A stretch of DNA of 53,839 nucleotides. Source: Kiritimatiellia bacterium (GTDB taxonomy: Bacteria > Verrucomicrobiota > Kiritimatiellia > CAIQIC01 > Lenti-01). The position numbers were made by a program, and so were the translations under genes. The notes under the pieces were generated by a model. The model saw nothing but the letters and a program-made list of their open reading frames with translations. It did no database searches and was not told the DNA's origin. Location: NCBI GenBank assembly GCA_017445365.1, contig JAFSUH010000175.1:1-53839 (forward strand). Direction: 5' to 3'. Below, one piece after another: positions 1 to 8,019 of the stretch. Each line of letters begins with the position of its first letter. The first letter of the stretch is position 1.

Positions 1-1
1 C

Positions 2-253
2 GTTGCGGTTGAGCCGCGCTTCCAGGTTCTCGTGTGCCCGGTCGTTGTCCAGCACGTGCTTCGCGAACTCGTCCTTCGTGACGTATTCCGCCTTCTTTTC
101 CGTCACCACGCCCAGGGGATTCGGCGTCACTTCCGTTTCCGTCTTCTGGTGCCGGGTCGCCCACACCTTGCACCCAATGTCGAGGAGCTTGAAGACGAGG
201 GCGCCGGAAAGGACGATGCCGCCGCCCTGGATGATGCTGCCCATCTCGCTCAT
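2..253 (-). CDS. hypothetical membrane-anchored protein, N-terminal part only (runs off the window start)
   Basis: Absent from the ORF track because it has no stop in the window. ATG at 253-251 with GGAGG 5 nt upstream. Reads MSEMGSIIQGGGIVLSGALVFKLLDIGCKVWATRHQK...KDEFAKHVLDNDRAHENLEARL: one hydrophobic helix, then a charged coiled segment. Looks like a small phage-type membrane protein. Confidence 0.4.
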   Translation of the reverse strand, partial: MSEMGSIIQGGGIVLSGALVFKLLDIGCKVWATRHQKTETEVTPNPLGVVTEKKAEYVTKDEFAKHVLDNDRAHENLEARLNRN

Positions 254-522
254 GCTGTCCTCCGGGGAGGAGGAAGGAGGACTCGCGCCTGCGGCGCTCG
301 ATGGGTGGTTGCGTTCGTTCGCATGCGGGCAAGATAGCGGCGGCGGGAACCGCCGCCTAATTTTGCGCGCGTTGCGCGCGATGCGCGCGAAAAACCAGCA
401 AGGCCGGGAAATCAAAAAAAATCAAAAAATCGCGTTTCACCCGCACCAGCATTGGCCGAAGTGCCGCTTTTTGTCGTGACACAAAGCGTGGGAAATCAAT
501 TTTTCCGTTTGATTTTTCCCGC

Positions 523-761
523 TTGCCAAGGCTTGGCGGAAAAACGGCCCCGTTGCCAAGCCCTGGCAAGGCCCCGGAAGGTCCTTTGCCAATGTTCGGC
601 AATGTCAAGGGAAATTTGCCAAGGGTTGGCAGAATCCGACGCGGGAAACGTCCAAGCCCTGGCCAAACTTGGCCGCGTTTGCCAAGGGTTGGCAACGCCT
701 TTGCAAGTCGTTTGCCAATGTCCGGCAAAACCGGACTCCGTTTGCCAAAGATTGGCAAAGG
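523..761. repeat. array A1: about 8 units of palindrome TTGCCAA-N3-TTGGCAA at about 29-34 bp spacing
   Basis: Units start near 523, 553, 587, 616, 650 (degenerate), 679, 712 and 742. Examples: tttgccaatgttcggcaa, tttgccaagggttggcag, tttgccaaagattggcaaa. Confidence 0.85.
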
Positions 762-762
762 C

Positions 763-975
763 CTATTTCGCGCGTGGTTTTCTTCCTCCGCGCGAAGGTG
801 CGGTTTTCATGGCCGGGGCAAGCTTAACCCCATGCTTTTCCAGGAACTCGAACACGGCCGCACGGATGAAGCTGGCCCGATCGGAAAACCCGGCAAGCGG
901 ATACGCCTCGTCGATGGCGCGCAAAAACTCTTCGCGCATCATCAAAATCACTGCTTTTTGGCCGTCGCCTCTCAT
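763..975 (-). CDS. ribbon-helix-helix (CopG/Arc-like) DNA-binding protein
   Basis: 70-aa ORF. AVILMMREEFLRAIDEA...SDRASFIRAAVFEFLEK fits a beta-strand/helix/helix RHH pattern. Divergent from a second RHH gene. Confidence 0.55.
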   Translation of the reverse strand: MRGDGQKAVILMMREEFLRAIDEAYPLAGFSDRASFIRAAVFEFLEKHGVKLAPAMKTAPSRGGRKPRAK

Positions 976-1028
976 GGATGGGCAAAACAGTAAAAGAAAA
1001 AAGCGTATGTGGCAAATTTATTCTTTAC

Positions 1029-1046
1029 AACCGTTATATAACCGTT
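1029..1046. promoter_or_regulatory. direct repeat AACCGTT-N4-AACCGTT in the AT-rich divergent RHH promoter region (possible operator)
   Basis: aaccgtt at 1029-1035 and 1040-1046, 11 bp apart, overlapping tatata/tatatt -10-like hexamers between the two RHH genes. Confidence 0.3.
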
Positions 1047-1062
1047 CTATATTCGCGCCACG

Positions 1063-1245
1063 ATGAAGACCAACCGAAAAACCGAATCGAAACCCGTGCT
1101 GGTGTGGGTGCCGAAGAACCTCGTGAAAAAGGCCGATGATTTCGCGGCCAAAAACGATTTGAATCGCTCGCAAGTATTCCGCATGGCCATCCGCCTCGAC
1201 ATCGCCGACTGCTGGTCGAATGACGAAAGCGAGGCCCCCCAGTGA
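1063..1245 (+). CDS. ribbon-helix-helix (CopG-like) protein
   Basis: 60-aa ORF. VLVWVPKNLVKKADDFAAKNDLNRSQVFRMAIRL is a typical RHH N-terminal strand plus two helices. Its stop overlaps the GTG of the next ORF (GTGA). Confidence 0.55.
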   Translation: MKTNRKTESKPVLVWVPKNLVKKADDFAAKNDLNRSQVFRMAIRLDIADCWSNDESEAPQ

Positions 1246-1745
1246 GCCTCTCCCCCGCCCAGATCCGCCGCTTCTGGCAAGCCTTCCGCCCCGCCTGGAA
1301 CGCCCACGCGGGGCGGTCCTCCCTCGACCCCTCCGACCGCGCCGCCGCCGAGTCCTGGCGCCACGCCGTCACCGCCGAGGAATGCAACGGCATCACCTCC
1401 GTCCGGTGCCTCGGCAACGACGACTTCGACGCCATCATGCTCCGCTTCGCCATCGAAGCCGGCGACGAACCCGCCATCGCCTACTGGGCCCCCGCCGCCG
1501 AACGCCGCCTCCGCCACCTCCTCCGCAGGAAGCTCGCCGCCCTGGATCGCATCGACCCCGCCCGCCGGCACGGCCCCGCCTACCTCGCCGGAATCCTCCG
1601 CCAGTCCAACCTCCTCTCCCCCCACGCCACCCTCGACGACCTCCCCGCCGACCACCTCCGCACCGCCCTCCAGTTCCTCGACACCCACCTCCGCCGCCTC
1701 CGTTCCCGCCCCCCCGCCGCCCTCCTCGAAGACGCCCCCTTCTGA
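1242..1745 (+). CDS. hypothetical protein (possibly phage-derived regulator)
   Basis: 167-aa ORF translationally coupled to the RHH gene and followed by a strong hairpin. No family recognised with confidence. Confidence 0.5.
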   Translation: MSLSPAQIRRFWQAFRPAWNAHAGRSSLDPSDRAAAESWRHAVTAEECNGITSVRCLGNDDFDAIMLRFAIEAGDEPAIAYWAPAAERRLRHLLRRKLAALDRIDPARRHGPAYLAGILRQSNLLSPHATLDDLPADHLRTALQFLDTHLRRLRSRPPAALLEDAPF

Positions 1746-1768
1746 CCCTCGGTTTCAGAGACGCAAAA

Positions 1769-1797
1769 GCCCCCTTGCAAGACCATTGCAAGGGGGC
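1769..1797 (+). terminator. rho-independent-type hairpin
   Basis: Perfect 12-bp stem gcccccttgcaa / ttgcaagggggc with a 5-nt loop, followed by ttcatt. Lies 24 nt after the stop at 1745. Confidence 0.55.
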
Positions 1798-2437
1798 TTC
1801 ATTATGCTCATGAGGCTCCATTTGGTTTTCTCAAATTCTTGATTCTATCCCCGCCACGTCCCTCGATCCCCCCCCGCCATTTCTCACATCCCCTCCGCCC
1901 CGTCAATTCCCCCATCCGTCCCGCCTTTTCACGTAAAATCCCGCCTTTCCTCACTTCTCACCCCCCACCATCCTTCTCCGCACGTTTTCCCCGCAACGGC
2001 AAAAGGGCCCGGTTTTGCCAATGGCAAACGACTCGCCGAGGACGGGTCCCCGGCGAGCTTGCTTCCCGGGGCTTCGTCTCGCCCCACCGGAATGCAAGCC
2101 GACGCCCAACCGGGGCGGCGCCCTGGCGGGGGATTTGGGCGGGCATCGGGGAGGCGGAGGTTTCCGACAGGTTCGATATTTTCGAAAAATTCGGATCTTT
2201 CGAAAATTTCGGAAACGCTTGCTTTCGTCTGGCGGCTATCCCTCCCGCGACAGCGTTGGAGGTCCGGCGAGGCATCGCCAAATTCGCGGCCCCGACAAGC
2301 GGGGCCCTCCCAGCCCCTTTCAATGCCCCCGGAGGGGGCTTTCAATGGTTTTCAATGTTCTTTGGTTGTTTTCCTTGCCGCCGGGGCGGATTGCGGCTTG
2401 GCGGGGCCCTTCCGACTTGCTACAAGCTCCCCCGCCC

Positions 2438-3070
2438 ATGAAACGCACCCTCCTCTCCCTCCTTTCCGCCCTCGCCCTTTCCCTCGCCGCCTTCGCCGAC
2501 GGCGAACCCGCCCCCGCCCCTTCCGCGGCCGACGACCCCGCCGCCGCACCCGCCCCCCAGGAGAACCCCATGCAGAAAGTACTCGTCAAAACCACCAAGG
2601 GCGACTTCACCGTCGCCCTCGACGCCGCCAAGGCCCCCCTCACCGTCGCCAACTTCCTCGCGTACGTGGACGAAGGCTTCTACGCGGGCACCATCTTTCA
2701 CCGCGTCATCGACGGGTTCATGATCCAGGGCGGCGGCTTCACCCGCGACATGCAGCAGAAGCCCACGCACGCCCCCGTCAAGAACGAGGCGGCGAACGGT
2801 CTCAAGAACAAGCGCGGCACCATCGCCATGGCCCGCACCTCCGTGGTGGACAGCGCGACGGCCCAGTTTTTCATCAACGTCGTGGACAACGGCTTCCTCG
2901 ATTTCCGCGCCCCGACCCTGCAGGGCTTCGGCTACTGCGTCTTCGGCGAAGTCGTCGACGGCATGGACGCGGTGGACGCCATCCGCGCGGTCAGGACGGG
3001 CCGCGCCGGGTACATGACCGACGTCCCCGTCGAGCCGGTCGAAATCCTCTCGGTCGAACGCATTCCGTAA
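2438..3070 (+). CDS. ppiA: secreted cyclophilin-type peptidyl-prolyl cis-trans isomerase
   Basis: In-frame ATG inside ORF 2015..3070. Signal peptide [20 protein letters not shown], then cyclophilin motifs [15 protein letters not shown] and GTIAMARTS...SATAQFFIN. Confidence 0.9.
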   Translation: MKRTLLSLLSALALSLAAFADGEPAPAPSAADDPAAAPAPQENPMQKVLVKTTKGDFTVALDAAKAPLTVANFLAYVDEGFYAGTIFHRVIDGFMIQGGGFTRDMQQKPTHAPVKNEAANGLKNKRGTIAMARTSVVDSATAQFFINVVDNGFLDFRAPTLQGFGYCVFGEVVDGMDAVDAIRAVRTGRAGYMTDVPVEPVEILSVERIP

Positions 3071-3109
3071 CCCCGCGGCGCGCTCCGGCCCCCCCCACCC
3101 CATCCCCCC

Positions 3110-3134
3110 GGGGCGCCCCGCGGCGCCCCTTTTC
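3110..3134 (+). terminator. GC hairpin plus T-tract between ppiA and aspC
   Basis: ggggcgcc (3110-3117), loop ccgc, ggcgcccc (3122-3129), then ttttcc. Confidence 0.4.
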
Positions 3135-3148
3135 CCTGCGGAGGCATC

Positions 3149-4330
3149 ATGTTCAAGGACTTTGCGTTGGCACCGGCGGACCCGATCCTCGGCCTCACGG
3201 CCGCCTACCGCGCCGACCCGCGCGCGGAAAAGGTCAATCTCGGCGTCGGCGTCTTCATGGACGAGACCGGCACGACCCCCGTCCTCCGCGCCGTCAAGGA
3301 CGCGGAAAGCGCGCTTCTCGCCGCGGAGACCTCGAAGTCGTACCTCCCCATCGCCGGGACGGACGGCTTCCGCGCCGCCGTCGCCCGCCTCCTCTTCGCG
3401 GGGGCCCTCCCCGCGGAGCGGACCGCCGTCCTCCAGGCCCCCGGCGGCACCGGCGCCCTCGCCGCCGCGGCGCACCTCGTCGTCCGCGCCCGTCCCGGCG
3501 GCCGCGTCTGGATTCCCGACCCGACGTGGGGCAACCACAAGGCGATTTTCCCCGCGGCGGGGCTTTCGACCGCGGCGTACCCGTACTTTTCCCGCACCAC
3601 CCGCGGGGTCGATTTCGACGCCTGCGCCGCCACGCTTTCCACCCTCGGCCCCGACGCCGTGGTCCTCCTGCACGCCTGTTGCCACAACCCGACCGGCGCC
3701 GACTTCACCCTCCCGCAGTGGGAAGAGGTCGCCCGCATCGCCGCGGAGCGCGGGTGGCTGCCGGTGGTGGATTTCGCCTACCAGGGGTTCGGCGAGGGGC
3801 TCGCGGAAGACCGCGCGGGGCTGCTCGCGCTCCTCACCCGCGTGCCGGAAGCCATCGTCTGCTCGTCCTTCTCGAAGAACATGGGGCTGTACGCCGAACG
3901 AACCGGCGCGATCACCCTCGTCGGGGAGGACGCCGGCGCCACCGCGCGCGCGGAAAGCCAGGCCAAGCAGGTCGCCCGCACGCTCTGGAGCAATCCGCCC
4001 AAGCACGGGGCGGCCGTCGCCGAAGCGATTCTCTCGGACGACGCGCGCCGCACCGCGTGGGAAGGCGAAGTCGCCGCGATGTGCGGGCGGATCCGCGGGA
4101 TGCGTGCGGCGCTGGTGGAAGGATTGCGCACGCGGCGCGGGGATGTCGATTTCGCGGCGCTGGCGGCGCAGAAGGGGATGTTCTCGTACCTCGCGTTGCC
4201 GGACGGGGCGGTGGCGCGCCTCCGGGAGGAGAAGGCAATCTACATGGTCGCGGGCGGGCGGATCAACGTCGCCGGTCTCCTCCCGCGCCAGCTCGATTAC
4301 GTCTGCGACAGCCTCGCGGAAGTGCTTTGA
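3149..4330 (+). CDS. aspC: aspartate/aromatic amino acid aminotransferase (class I, AspC/TyrB type)
   Basis: 393 aa. ADPILGL, HACCHNPTGADF, and the PLP-lysine motif SFSKNMGLYAERTG. GGAGG 6 nt upstream of the ATG. Confidence 0.93.
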   Translation: MFKDFALAPADPILGLTAAYRADPRAEKVNLGVGVFMDETGTTPVLRAVKDAESALLAAETSKSYLPIAGTDGFRAAVARLLFAGALPAERTAVLQAPGGTGALAAAAHLVVRARPGGRVWIPDPTWGNHKAIFPAAGLSTAAYPYFSRTTRGVDFDACAATLSTLGPDAVVLLHACCHNPTGADFTLPQWEEVARIAAERGWLPVVDFAYQGFGEGLAEDRAGLLALLTRVPEAIVCSSFSKNMGLYAERTGAITLVGEDAGATARAESQAKQVARTLWSNPPKHGAAVAEAILSDDARRTAWEGEVAAMCGRIRGMRAALVEGLRTRRGDVDFAALAAQKGMFSYLALPDGAVARLREEKAIYMVAGGRINVAGLLPRQLDYVCDSLAEVL

Positions 4331-4419
4331 AACCCCGCCGCCTCGGCGCTTGACAGGCGCGGGCGGTTTGGTAAAAGAGGCGCGCTTTCGAAAAACCGAC
4401 CCCTTTGGGAGAAACCACC

Positions 4420-4575
4420 ATGTCCATGCATCGCAGTTTGAAGTCCACGAGCAAAGTCTCCGTCCGCCGGAACGTACTCAAGCGTTTCGAGCGCATCGAA
4501 GTGCTCAAGGCGGCGGGCAAGTGGAAAGAGGGCGACCGCGGCCGCGGCCTCCCGAAGACCAAGCCCCCCGCGTGA
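4420..4575 (+). CDS. small basic protein (51 aa)
   Basis: Below the ORF-track size cut-off. GGGAGA RBS. MSMHRSLKSTSKVSVRRNVLKRFERIEVLKAAGKWKEGDRGRGLPKTKPPA resembles the conserved small basic protein family I recall from Chlamydiae/Verrucomicrobia (RNVLKRFERI...W.EGD...GLPKTK). Confidence 0.6.
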   Translation: MSMHRSLKSTSKVSVRRNVLKRFERIEVLKAAGKWKEGDRGRGLPKTKPPA

Positions 4576-4634
4576 GCGGCATCCAGACCACCGAAGGCGC
4601 ACGGGTTTCTCCCGTGCGCTTTGTGTGTCGAGGA

Positions 4635-4700
4635 CACTTTGCTTTGCGGCGGCTCCGCGCAACTCCGTTGCACGTGCCGCCGCTTCCGCCTCCAAAGCGC
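4635..4700 (+). repeat. REP-2 hairpin element (TTGCTTTGCGG-hairpin-CTTCCGCCTCCAA)
   Basis: cactttgctttgcggcggctccgcgcaactccgttgcacgtgccgccgcttccgcctccaaagcgc. Related copies at 7863, 9437, 18717 and 21270, and inside the R3 repeats. Confidence 0.8.
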
Positions 4701-4701
4701 G

Positions 4702-4838
4702 TTTTGCCAATGCTTGGCAAAAACCGCGAAAATTTGCCAAGGCTTGGCAAAATCGGCATGGAGACGGAAGCGGCGCTGCACGAAGTGGGAGGGCCGCAAG
4801 CAACGGGTCGGACGACCCTTGCCAAAGCTTGGCAAAAT
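4702..4838. repeat. array A2: 3 units of TTTGCCAA-N3-TTGGCAAA
   Basis: Units at 4702, 4732 (30 bp apart) and 4818. Confidence 0.85.
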
Positions 4839-4935
4839 CTTCCGGAGGTGCGGCATCCTGCCGCGCCGGCGTTTTCGCTTTCCGGTCCGCTTCCGCTCCG
4901 ATAGGATGCCGTTCCGCCCCCCGAAAGGATTCCCC

Positions 4936-5514
4936 ATGAGCAAAAAAGCGGCCCGCATCCTCGCCCTTCTCGCCTTCGTCGCGCTCTTCGCCCCTTGCCG
5001 CAATTTCCTGGATTCGCTGGATATCGGCATTGCCTTCGCCACGGGATGGCGATTCTGGCCCCTCCCCTCCCTTGGGGCTTTTTTGAGGCGTTTCGGCCTT
5101 TCCACCCTTGCTTTTTGGAGTCCCCGCATTCTGGCCGCCCTGCTCGACCTGTTGCTGGTCCGCGCCATCCACCGGTACCTCGCGGCCCGCGGTTTCCCGG
5201 AGATTTGCACCGATTGCGCCGCCCGTCCCGGCCGCGCGTGGACGTTTTTCGCCCTCTTCGCCGTCTTCAGCGTTTTCGGGGTTTCCACGTCCTGCCGGCA
5301 GCTCGTTTGCTCTCCCTCCCCGGATGGGGACCATCCCGGCTTCGACGCTTCCGCGTGGATGGAGGAAAATGCCGCTTCCGCCATCAATTCCGACGGCTCC
5401 TTCGACCCCGCCATCCCCGACCCGCTGGAAGGCATCCGGGAGGCGTCCCCCGCGTGGGTGGCGGAAAAGGCGGAGGGGACGGATACGTTGCTCGTCGTGG
5501 AACCCGGGAATTGA
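4936..5514 (+). CDS. hypothetical membrane protein
   Basis: In-frame ATG in ORF 4621..5514 with an AAAGGA RBS. Several hydrophobic segments (ILALLAFVALFA, ILAALLDLLLV, WTFFALFAVFSVFGV). Confidence 0.5.
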   Translation: MSKKAARILALLAFVALFAPCRNFLDSLDIGIAFATGWRFWPLPSLGAFLRRFGLSTLAFWSPRILAALLDLLLVRAIHRYLAARGFPEICTDCAARPGRAWTFFALFAVFSVFGVSTSCRQLVCSPSPDGDHPGFDASAWMEENAASAINSDGSFDPAIPDPLEGIREASPAWVAEKAEGTDTLLVVEPGN

Positions 5515-5516
5515 CG

Positions 5517-6044
5517 ATGTACGAAAAAAAACGCGTCCGGCCGATGGGAGGAGACGCTCGCCGCGCTCGCCTGCATCGGGAAGAACGGCGCGGCAAGGAA
5601 CGGGAGGGCGACCTCAAGACGACTTTGGGCACCTTCGGCTTCAACCGGGCATTCGGCTTGGCCGACGACCCGTGGTGTGCGCTGGATTACGTCAAGGTGG
5701 ACGACACCCATTACTGGGACTGCAACGGAGAAGCGGCGCGCTACAACACGCTGGTCACGACCGGTGAATACCGGGATTTCGACAAGGAGGCGTCCGAGCG
5801 CATCGCCGATTGCCCGGATGCCTACCGCTACGTCCTGAACACGACGTGGAACGAGGAACGGATTCCGGGGAAGGGGTCGGCAATCTTCCTGCACAGCCAA
5901 CGCGAAGGGCGCACGTACACCGCTGGATGCATCGCCATTCCGGAGAAGGCGATGGAATATGTCATGCGCCACGTCCGGCCGGAGACGAAAATCCTCATCC
6001 GGTTGAAGGATCTTTCCGAGAACGGGACCGGGCAAACCCGTTGA
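5517..6044 (+). CDS. L,D-transpeptidase catalytic-domain (YkuD-like) protein
   Basis: In-frame ATG in ORF 4995..6044, 3 nt after the previous stop. GKGSAIFLHSQREGRTYTAGCIAIPEKAM matches the His...Cys active-site arrangement of YkuD-type domains. Confidence 0.6.
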   Translation: MYEKKRVRPMGGDARRARLHREERRGKEREGDLKTTLGTFGFNRAFGLADDPWCALDYVKVDDTHYWDCNGEAARYNTLVTTGEYRDFDKEASERIADCPDAYRYVLNTTWNEERIPGKGSAIFLHSQREGRTYTAGCIAIPEKAMEYVMRHVRPETKILIRLKDLSENGTGQTR

Positions 6045-6258
6045 CCCCCGCCTCCGGGGGGCGGGGGGAGGGCCCCTCTTGTCGGGGCCGTTGCACCCGA
6101 AGGTGCCGCCTCGCCGGGTCCCCAACGCTGGCGCGGGATGGCTGGCCGCCACGCGGAAGCTTGCTTGACGGTGTGTTGCAAAATCCATACGATTCCAGCA
6201 AACAAAATTGTCCAATGGAAAACAACAAGTTTGAAAACTGGCGAAAAAGGAGCCGAAG

Positions 6259-7518
6259 ATGATTCGGGAAAGCGTGATTGCCGCCGTGGCGGCCAAACAG
6301 AAAGAGCATGTTTTGGCCCGGGCCGGCGGTTTGCCCCGGCTGGAGAAGCTCCGCGCGGCCCCGGCGGGATTCGCGTGGATAATCAGCGGCGTCCGCCGGT
6401 GCGGGAAATCGACGCTGATGGAACAGTTCCTCCGGCAGGCGCCGGACGAAGCCTTCTATCTCAACCTGGAATCGACGGCGCTGGCCGGGCTTTCCCTGGA
6501 AGACGCCGGGCGGTTGGACCGGGCCATCGGGGCCACAGGCGCGAAGACGATCTATCTCGACGAGGTGCAGACGCTTGCCGGGTGGGAACGCTACGTGCGG
6601 ACGAAGCTCGACGAAGGCTTCCGCGTCGTCGCCACCGGCTCGAACGCGTCCCTGTTGGGGCGGGAGTTGGGAACGAAACTCACCGGACGGCACGTGGACA
6701 CGGAGCTTTTCCCCTTCGACTACGGCGAATTCCTTGCCTTCACGGAACGCACGCCCGGTGCGGATGCGACGCGCGCCTACCTTGCCGCGGGGGGATTCCC
6801 CTCCTATCTCGCCACGGACGACGAGCGGATTCTCGAGACGCTTTTCGCGGACATCCTGGAACGGGACGTGGCGCTCCGCCACGCCGTGCGGGATATCGCG
6901 GGATTGCGGCGCCTGGCGGCCTGGCTGGTCGAGAACGCCGGCGGAAAGATGTCGGCCCAGCGGCTTCGGCAACCGCTCGGCGTCGCTTCCGCCTCGACCC
7001 TCCTGCAATGGGCGGAGCATCTCGCCGATGCCTACCTCTTTTCATTCCTGCCGAAATTCAGCCCGTCGTTGCGGGTCCAGCTCGTCAATCCCCGCAAGAT
7101 CTACTGCATCGACACCGGATTGCAATGCGCCCTTTCCGCGACGAATGCGCCGGACGAATCCCGCTTGTTCGAGAATCTCGTCTTCCTGGCGCTCCGGCGC
7201 CGTTTCCGCGATCTGGCCTACTTCGAAGGAGACGGGCGGGAATGCGATTTCGTGGCGGTTGCGGGCAAGCGGCCGCTGGATCCCGTGCAGGCCACCGTCG
7301 CGCTGAACGAAGACTCCGAGGAGCGGGAAGTCACGGGAATGCGCGCGGCCATGGCGGCGCTGGGACGCCGCCGGGGTTGGATCGTGACCGTCGGCGAGGA
7401 GGACGTTCTCTCCGTGCCGGAAGGGGAAATCCGCATCGTTCCGTTCCATGCGTTCGATCCGGCCGCGATCGGCGAAGCGGCACCGGTCGCGAAACGGGAG
7501 AATGGGAGCGGAACGTGA
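6259..7518 (+). CDS. AAA ATPase, AAA_14 + DUF4143 type (paralog 1)
   Basis: Walker A GVRRCGKST, Walker B IYLDEVQ, ATGSNASLLGRELGTKLTGR. C-terminal ECDFV segment. AAAGGAG RBS. Confidence 0.85.
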   Translation: MIRESVIAAVAAKQKEHVLARAGGLPRLEKLRAAPAGFAWIISGVRRCGKSTLMEQFLRQAPDEAFYLNLESTALAGLSLEDAGRLDRAIGATGAKTIYLDEVQTLAGWERYVRTKLDEGFRVVATGSNASLLGRELGTKLTGRHVDTELFPFDYGEFLAFTERTPGADATRAYLAAGGFPSYLATDDERILETLFADILERDVALRHAVRDIAGLRRLAAWLVENAGGKMSAQRLRQPLGVASASTLLQWAEHLADAYLFSFLPKFSPSLRVQLVNPRKIYCIDTGLQCALSATNAPDESRLFENLVFLALRRRFRDLAYFEGDGRECDFVAVAGKRPLDPVQATVALNEDSEEREVTGMRAAMAALGRRRGWIVTVGEEDVLSVPEGEIRIVPFHAFDPAAIGEAAPVAKRENGSGT

Positions 7519-7847
7519 ACCGTACGCGCGAAACAAGGAAAACGGCGGGGGCCGTCCCCGTCCACCACCTGTGGCCGATCGGGTTGTCGCTTCTTTGGCT
7601 CCTTGGGGAAATCCGGTATCGTTGCCGTTCCGCGAAAGGATTTTACGGGCGGCCGACGCCATACATGGATTCGTTCTTCCTTCTCCTTGCCGACTTGGCG
7701 TTCCTTGTCCTTTCCATCGTCCCGTTCCGCCTGCATTGGCGCAAAACCAAACGGGTGCACTGGGGATTCCCGGTTTCCGCATGCCTTCTGGTTGCAGGCC
7801 TTCTCGTCGCCTGGCGGTTCCTGGCGGAAATCGGATTTGTGACCTGA
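7515..7847 (+). CDS. hypothetical small 3-TM membrane protein, possibly coupled to the ATPase
   Basis: GTG overlaps the ATPase stop (GTGA). Three hydrophobic stretches (LWPIGLSLLWLLG, FFLLLADLAFLVLSIVPF, VSACLLVAGLLVAW). An alternative ATG lies at 7664. Confidence 0.3.
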   Translation: MNRTRETRKTAGAVPVHHLWPIGLSLLWLLGEIRYRCRSAKGFYGRPTPYMDSFFLLLADLAFLVLSIVPFRLHWRKTKRVHWGFPVSACLLVAGLLVAWRFLAEIGFVT

Positions 7848-7862
7848 TCCGAAAAGCGCATT

Positions 7863-7923
7863 TGAAGGCGGAAGCGGGGACTCGCGCAGCGGCGTCCCCG
7901 CAAAGCACCGTGCCTCCGGCACC
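7863..7923 (-). repeat. REP-2 hairpin element (inverted orientation)
   Basis: gaaggcggaagcggggactcgcgcagcggcgtccccgcaaagcaccgtgcctccggcac. The stem is GCGGGGAC/GTCCCCGC instead of GCGGCGGC/GCCGCCGC. Confidence 0.75.
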
Positions 7924-8019
7924 CTTCGGAACCAAACCGCAGTGCATGGCGGAATGGTGAGAACTTTTCCGCCATTGAATGCGGTTTGGTTCTTGATGTC
8001 CCCGGTCCGGCGGAGTAGG

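Noticed and set aside
523-761. TTGCCAA-N3-TTGGCAA arrays as CRISPR arrays
   Set aside because: The repeats are about 19-22 bp, separated by only 8-22 bp that are partly conserved between arrays. There are no cas genes, and arrays are scattered at seven sites. This is not CRISPR architecture.
2059-4353. Very long ORFs in alternative frames or strands. Examples: 2059..4353, 2420..4006, 4263..6296, 7042..9342, 8982..11075, 18021..19841, the upstream part of 18791..22285, 31852..34308, 46214..49573, 47122..50451, 50656..52377 and 50972..52903.
   Set aside because: Their translations are Arg/Pro/Gly/Ala-rich low-complexity sequence, typical of out-of-frame reading in high-GC DNA. They overlap genes with clear family motifs in another frame.
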